Source of the DNA: an uncultured Pelagibacteraceae bacterium
Lineage (GTDB): Bacteria; Pseudomonadota; Alphaproteobacteria; Pelagibacterales; Pelagibacteraceae
Assembly (NCBI GenBank): GCA_902631135.1
Contig: CACOXL010000002.1
Span: 4,990 to 68,989 of the forward strand
DNA length: 64,000 nucleotides
Reading direction: 5' to 3'
Shown here: positions 59,403 through 64,000 of the stretch, piece by piece
Layout of the letters: the number at the start of each line of letters is the position of its first letter
Position numbering within the stretch: position 1 is the stretch's first letter
Program-made: the position numbers and the translations under genes
The notes under the pieces: generated by a model
What the model was told of the DNA's origin: nothing
The model's database searches: none
Seen by the model: only the letters and a program-made list of their open reading frames with translations

Positions 59403-60971
59403 TTAACTTTTGATTGCTTCTCCTGGGTCAACATATTGATGTCCAAACACATCTGCAACAGCTTTATAAGTCACATGTCCTTTATGAACATTTAATCCTG
59501 CTAAAAAATTTTTATCTTCTCCTAAAGCTTTTTGATAACCTTTGTTTGCAAGTTTTACTAAGAAAGGTAGAGTTGCTTTGTTTAAAGCCAAAGTTGAGGT
59601 TCTTGGTACTCCACCAGGCATATTTGCTACACAATAATGAACTACATCATCAACAATGTATGTCGGATCACCATGAGTAGTTGGTTTGCTTGTTTCAACA
59701 CATCCACCTTGATCAATGGCAACATCAACGATTACAGAACCTCTTTTCATTAATTTTAACATATCTTTAGTTACTAATTTTGGTGCTTCGGCACCAGGTA
59801 TCAAAACACCACCTACTAACAAATCTGCTTCAGCGATTAATTTATTTAAATCTATTTTATCACTTTGTTCTGGAATAATTTTATTACCAAACATCTCAAC
59901 TAATTGTTTCAATCTTGCTTCAGACTTATCTACTATATGAACTTTGGCTTGCATTCCAGTTGCTATAACTGCAGCATTTTCTCCTACAACTCCACCACCT
60001 AAAATTACAACTGTTCCACCAGTAACACCAGGTGCACCACCTAGTAAAAGACCTCTACCCTTTTGATTTTTTTCTAAACAGTGAGCGCCAGCTTGTACTG
60101 ACATACGACCTGCTACCGCACTCATTGGTGCAAGTAAAGGAAGTCTCCCATTGTCATCTGTAACAGTTTCATATGCAATATTAATACTTTTTGATTTAAT
60201 TAATCCCTCAGTCAATTCTTTTGCAGCAGCTAAATGAAGATAAGTATATACAATTTGATTTTCTCGTATCATATCAACTTCAACTTTTTGAGGTTCTTTA
60301 ACTTTAACGATTATTTCTGCATCATTAAAAACATCAGCATTTAAATTTTCTTTTTTTGCTAATTTGGTTATTTCTTCAGCTTCTTTAGAACTTGGAACGC
60401 TATCTAAAACTTCTTCTGTAGCAGATAGTACTGCAATTTTTGGTCTTTCAATTCCAATTCTATTAGAAAAGTTTATAACATTTTTTAAAATATGCATTTT
60501 TGTTTTTACATTTGGTAAAACATTTAATGCTCCATCAGTTATAATAAGTGGTTTATCTTCTTGTTCTAAAGTCATATGCCAAATATGACTTAGTCTAGTT
60601 TTTCCTAATAAGTTATATTCCCTTTTTAGAACCTCTTTCATCAATACATCGGTATGGATATGCCCTTTAACAATTATTTTAATTTTTTCTTCACTTGCAA
60701 GTTTTGCTGCTATAGCAGCTGTATTGTTTTCGATGGGTTCATGAATAATTTCATATTTTGAAATATCCCATTTTAAATCTTCAGCACATTTTAAGATTTT
60801 ACTTTTATCCCCAATAAAAATTGGTTCTATCAAATTTTCGTTTACAGCATCTTGAACAGATAACATGGGAAGTGGCTTTCCAGCGTTGACTATTCCTGCT
60901 TTTACACCTTTTTTTTTATGCGCAGCATCTAATAGATTATTTGGAACAACGATTTCTTTATTTGATAGCAT
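59403..60971 (-). CDS. ald: Chimeric ORF: N-part of phosphate acetyl/butyryltransferase fused in frame to alanine dehydrogenase lacking its N-terminus
   Basis: aa 1-215 PTA/PTB motifs (KG..HT, ITDGALN..P, PK.AVLSA.E); aa 212-522 Ald motifs (KVKEP, YLHLA, AYETV, PLLAPMS.VAGR, DVAIDQGGC, YCVANMPG). Confidence 0.85.
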   Translation of the reverse strand: MLSNKEIVVPNNLLDAAHKKKGVKAGIVNAGKPLPMLSVQDAVNENLIEPIFIGDKSKILKCAEDLKWDISKYEIIHEPIENNTAAIAAKLASEEKIKIIVKGHIHTDVLMKEVLKREYNLLGKTRLSHIWHMTLEQEDKPLIITDGALNVLPNVKTKMHILKNVINFSNRIGIERPKIAVLSATEEVLDSVPSSKEAEEITKLAKKENLNADVFNDAEIIVKVKEPQKVEVDMIRENQIVYTYLHLAAAKELTEGLIKSKSINIAYETVTDDNGRLPLLAPMSAVAGRMSVQAGAHCLEKNQKGRGLLLGGAPGVTGGTVVILGGGVVGENAAVIATGMQAKVHIVDKSEARLKQLVEMFGNKIIPEQSDKIDLNKLIAEADLLVGGVLIPGAEAPKLVTKDMLKLMKRGSVIVDVAIDQGGCVETSKPTTHGDPTYIVDDVVHYCVANMPGGVPRTSTLALNKATLPFLVKLANKGYQKALGEDKNFLAGLNVHKGHVTYKAVADVFGHQYVDPGEAIKS

Positions 60972-60973
60972 AA

Positions 60974-61978
60974 TTATTTTTTAAGAAATTCTATGTCTTT
61001 TTTTATAATAGCCGATATTTTAATTTCTTTTTTTCGATTCATTTTAAATCTTTTATATTTATTTTGTCCAGGATACATTATTTCTTTTATCCCTTTAATC
61101 TTTGGTAATTTTTTTACTCTTTTAATATTATCTTTAATTCTAGAATTATAATTATTTACAAATAAATTTGTTTTAAATGTGATGAATAAATGCCCAATGT
61201 TTTGAGGACCTGTAAAATCTTCAAACGGATCTTTTGCTCTTCCAGCATGATTTGCACCAGTTAATACACCACTTAATATATCAACCATCCAAGCTAGACC
61301 AGAACCTCTAAAACCTGCGATAGGTAATTGGACTCCATAAAGAGCTTTGTTTGCATCTCTTGTGGGTTTACCAAATTTATCTAAGGCAACACCTTCTGGT
61401 ATTTTTTTATTATTTCTTGCTGCTACTCTAATTTTACCCCTATTAATCATTGAGATTGATGTGTCTAAAATAAAAGGTATCTTGGAGCTAGTAGGTGTTC
61501 CAAAACAAATTGGATTTGTTCCAAATAAACTTTTTAAAGCTCCATGTGGCGCAACTGCTGGTGGAGCATTTGTATAAATCATTGTTACTAAATTTTTTTT
61601 TACTGCTTGTTCAGCATAGTATCCTGATAAACCATAATGCCCGCTTTTTTTAACAGCAACTAAACCAATACCAGTTTTTTTTGCATTTTGAATAGCCTGC
61701 TTAATTGCTATGTCTGCAGCTACGAAACCGATACTATTATCAGCATCGATGTGAGAAATAGATTGTGATAGTTTTTTAATTTTTATTTTTGGCCTTGGAT
61801 TAATTAAATTTTTAGAAATTCGATTACAATACATTTTTAATCTTGAAAGACCATGGCCATAAGCTCCAACAAGTTCAGCATTAATAATTGCATCAGATGA
61901 AATTAGGGCATGGTCGTTACTTAATCCAAATTTCTTAAAAATTTTTACTATTTCTTTTTTTAGAATTTTAGTCTTCAA
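60974..61978 (-). CDS. Ldh_2 family oxidoreductase (malate/L-lactate/sulfolactate dehydrogenase, ComC-like)
   Basis: G..GHG.SRL, SGHYG, FGTNPI, PIAG.RGSGL, YPGQ motifs; likely TTG start at 61978. Confidence 0.85.
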   Translation of the reverse strand: MKTKILKKEIVKIFKKFGLSNDHALISSDAIINAELVGAYGHGLSRLKMYCNRISKNLINPRPKIKIKKLSQSISHIDADNSIGFVAADIAIKQAIQNAKKTGIGLVAVKKSGHYGLSGYYAEQAVKKNLVTMIYTNAPPAVAPHGALKSLFGTNPICFGTPTSSKIPFILDTSISMINRGKIRVAARNNKKIPEGVALDKFGKPTRDANKALYGVQLPIAGFRGSGLAWMVDILSGVLTGANHAGRAKDPFEDFTGPQNIGHLFITFKTNLFVNNYNSRIKDNIKRVKKLPKIKGIKEIMYPGQNKYKRFKMNRKKEIKISAIIKKDIEFLKK

Positions 61979-61979
61979 A

Positions 61980-63905
61980 TTAGCCTTTTCCACGCCACGG
62001 AATTGTTTTTTCAATAATTTTTCTTAAAGTTATGTCAAATAAAAGACCTAACATTCCCATAATAAATATTGTGATCCAAATGACTTCATATTGAAAATAT
62101 TTTTTAGCAACATTTTCTACAAATCCAATACCTGTTGTTCCAGCTAAAAATTCAGCTGCAACTAATGTTCCCCAGCACATCCCAACCGCAACTCTTATTC
62201 CTGTTAATATTTCAGGTAAAGAATTAGGAAAAATAACATATCTTAATATTTGTTTTTTAGATGCGCCCAAAGAGTGAGCGGCATGAATTTTGGATAATTG
62301 CGTTCCAGAGGCACCAGCTCTAGCTGAAATAATCATAATAGATAATGATACCATAAATAATAAGAAAACTTTTCCAGTGTTATCGATTCCTAAAACTGAA
62401 ATGATAAGTGGAGCCCAAGCTAAAGGAGGAACTGGTCTGTAAAGTTCAATTAATGGATCAAAAAAACCTTTTGCAAATCTATTTAAACCCATAAACAATC
62501 CCAAAGGAACACCAATTATAATTCCAAAAACTAATCCTAGAAACACTCTCATAAATGAATCCCAAATATGACCATATGGAACTGGTATTTTTAGTAATTT
62601 AAAATCACCTGTTACAACTTTTAGAACTGCGCCTTTAAAATTTTGTTTAACAGTTCCATCTTTAGTATGAACTGGATATTCACCTGGTAAAATATCTGCA
62701 ATCCAGTCTGGTAAGATAAAACCTATCCATGTGCTTATATCCACCATTTTTATCCATAAAAGAGGAATGTCTTTATAACCAACACTTGGTTTAGACATTA
62801 AAACAAATTTATTAAAAGTATCAGAGGGTTTTGGAAGCCATCTACCGGATCCTTGCTCTGAACAACTTGGTCCACTCGCAACAATGGTTCCAGCTGGAAA
62901 CAAAAAGATGTCAATAAGTCTTAAACCACCTTGTGCTTCTAATTGAGCGTTATCAAATTTGATAATTGCATTTTGCATTTTATCTAAGGCATTAGGTGGA
63001 TAAATACTTGCAAACTCTATTCTTCTTGCAATTTTGACAATATTTTTTGCATAAGTAGAAGCAATTTCTTCACTATCACTTAAGTCATTTCTATAAACTT
63101 TAATTTCATCTTTAATTTCTTTGATTTTATTTTTAAATTCTGGATTATGGTTTCTTAGTTTAAAAAATTCTTCACTTATCAAATTTAACTCTTGAGCTGC
63201 AGCATGAAATTTTAAGCCTCTATTAGTAGCTGGTACAAGAGGTACTTCTAAAGTATTTTCAATACTTCCTGAGCCAGCATCAATTTTTGTGATACCCCAA
63301 CCACCTTCCTCATTAACAGCCTTGAGTCTTTCGTTTAGTTCTTGTTCTGTTTCAAATGGATAATCAGGTTTTTGAAAATTTTCAGTTAAAAGATTAATTT
63401 TACCGGTTATATCATCAATTTTTTCTCTAGTTTCGATTTCAAGTAAATCCTCATTAGTCAATAGTGGAATTAATTGATTTGTTTTACCTATAAAGCTTAC
63501 AAGAACTGTCTTTTGTTCATTATTAAGTTCTTTAGAATTTTTTATCTCATTCGAGAGCTTTTCTAAGTTCTTATTTTCTTTTTTAATTTGAGAAGTACTT
63601 TTAAACTCTCTTTGTTCTATAGGAAATTGATATTTCAATCCTAATAAAGAGTCGTTTACTTTTCCTACTTGGCACAGCTCATTAGCAGATTTTGGATAAA
63701 AACCTTTTGCTATATCCCAAGAGTAATAAAGCCAAATTAAAAGTAGAAAACTACTTCCAACAATGACCCAATGAGTTCCACCTAATGCTCTTTCAGGATT
63801 TCCAAAAACGGCATCAACTTTTTCAGTTTTGATTAGGCGTCTGCCATAAAGGATACAACCGACAACAGCAAAAAATATTAAAAAAGTTACTATTTGGGTT
63901 AACAT
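61980..63905 (-). CDS. tauC: Taurine/sulfonate-type ABC permease with large N-terminal extension
   Basis: C-terminal H...S..RV, RPVPPLAW.PL, AA.SLGA, W.TLVAAE, IPWRGK motifs of the TauC/SsuC family. Confidence 0.85.
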   Translation of the reverse strand: MLTQIVTFLIFFAVVGCILYGRRLIKTEKVDAVFGNPERALGGTHWVIVGSSFLLLIWLYYSWDIAKGFYPKSANELCQVGKVNDSLLGLKYQFPIEQREFKSTSQIKKENKNLEKLSNEIKNSKELNNEQKTVLVSFIGKTNQLIPLLTNEDLLEIETREKIDDITGKINLLTENFQKPDYPFETEQELNERLKAVNEEGGWGITKIDAGSGSIENTLEVPLVPATNRGLKFHAAAQELNLISEEFFKLRNHNPEFKNKIKEIKDEIKVYRNDLSDSEEIASTYAKNIVKIARRIEFASIYPPNALDKMQNAIIKFDNAQLEAQGGLRLIDIFLFPAGTIVASGPSCSEQGSGRWLPKPSDTFNKFVLMSKPSVGYKDIPLLWIKMVDISTWIGFILPDWIADILPGEYPVHTKDGTVKQNFKGAVLKVVTGDFKLLKIPVPYGHIWDSFMRVFLGLVFGIIIGVPLGLFMGLNRFAKGFFDPLIELYRPVPPLAWAPLIISVLGIDNTGKVFLLFMVSLSIMIISARAGASGTQLSKIHAAHSLGASKKQILRYVIFPNSLPEILTGIRVAVGMCWGTLVAAEFLAGTTGIGFVENVAKKYFQYEVIWITIFIMGMLGLLFDITLRKIIEKTIPWRGKG

Positions 63906-64000
63906 TTAATTTTCTTTTCCCATTATTTCCTCTTCCATATTCCAAATCATTTCTAGAATTTCCTCTCGCTTTGAAGAAAAATCTTTATCTTTCTTAATTT
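63906..64000 (-). CDS. tauB: C-terminus of ABC ATP-binding subunit, TauB-like (truncated by window edge)
   Basis: Open frame ...IKKDKDFSSKREEILEMIWNMEEEIMGKEN* ending at the permease ATG; resembles the alphaproteobacterial TauB tail. Confidence 0.65.
   Translation of the reverse strand, partial: IKKDKDFSSKREEILEMIWNMEEEIMGKEN

Noticed and set aside
479-61577. Numerous short ORFs in the track antisense to or nested in long genes (e.g. 479-919, 23559-23966, 36107-36439, 44579-44962, 58275-58637)
   Set aside because: They are shadows of well-supported genes with no recognisable motifs; this is expected from codon bias.

Overview
Gene-dense, strongly AT-rich alphaproteobacterial chromosome segment. 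Gene content, tiny intergenic spacers and near-leaderless promoters point to a SAR11/Pelagibacter-type genome (inference from recognised proteins; no database search was run). In order it holds: purine biosynthesis (purB'-purC-purS-purQ-purL), bolA-grxD, rpsD, cimA-cysS-nadE-DAHP synthase, glmS plus a half-length glmU, prpDBC, nrdAB with tandem NrdR-like boxes, PMM/PGM, dusA-rpoZ, tctCBA, a polar amino-acid ABC unit without an ATPase, a speD-speE fusion with ald2/mtnA/mtnP/apt, an rmlBACD glycan cassette ending at tRNA-Met, guaC, and part of a taurine-type ABC/catabolic cluster. No CRISPR array, IS, integrase or rRNA was seen. The most notable observations are: (1) an in-frame chimera of a phosphate acyltransferase N-part and an alanine dehydrogenase C-part joined at an 'ADVF' junction; (2) a candidate undescribed module of an internally duplicated winged-HTH protein, operator-like GTCCAAnnTGGGT repeats and two paralogous tail-anchored microproteins; (3) a GT2 gene split at a slippery A-run; (4) an unannotated 38-aa membrane microprotein; (5) an sRNA-like hairpin with an SD-type loop; (6) an acetyltransferase-only GlmU.
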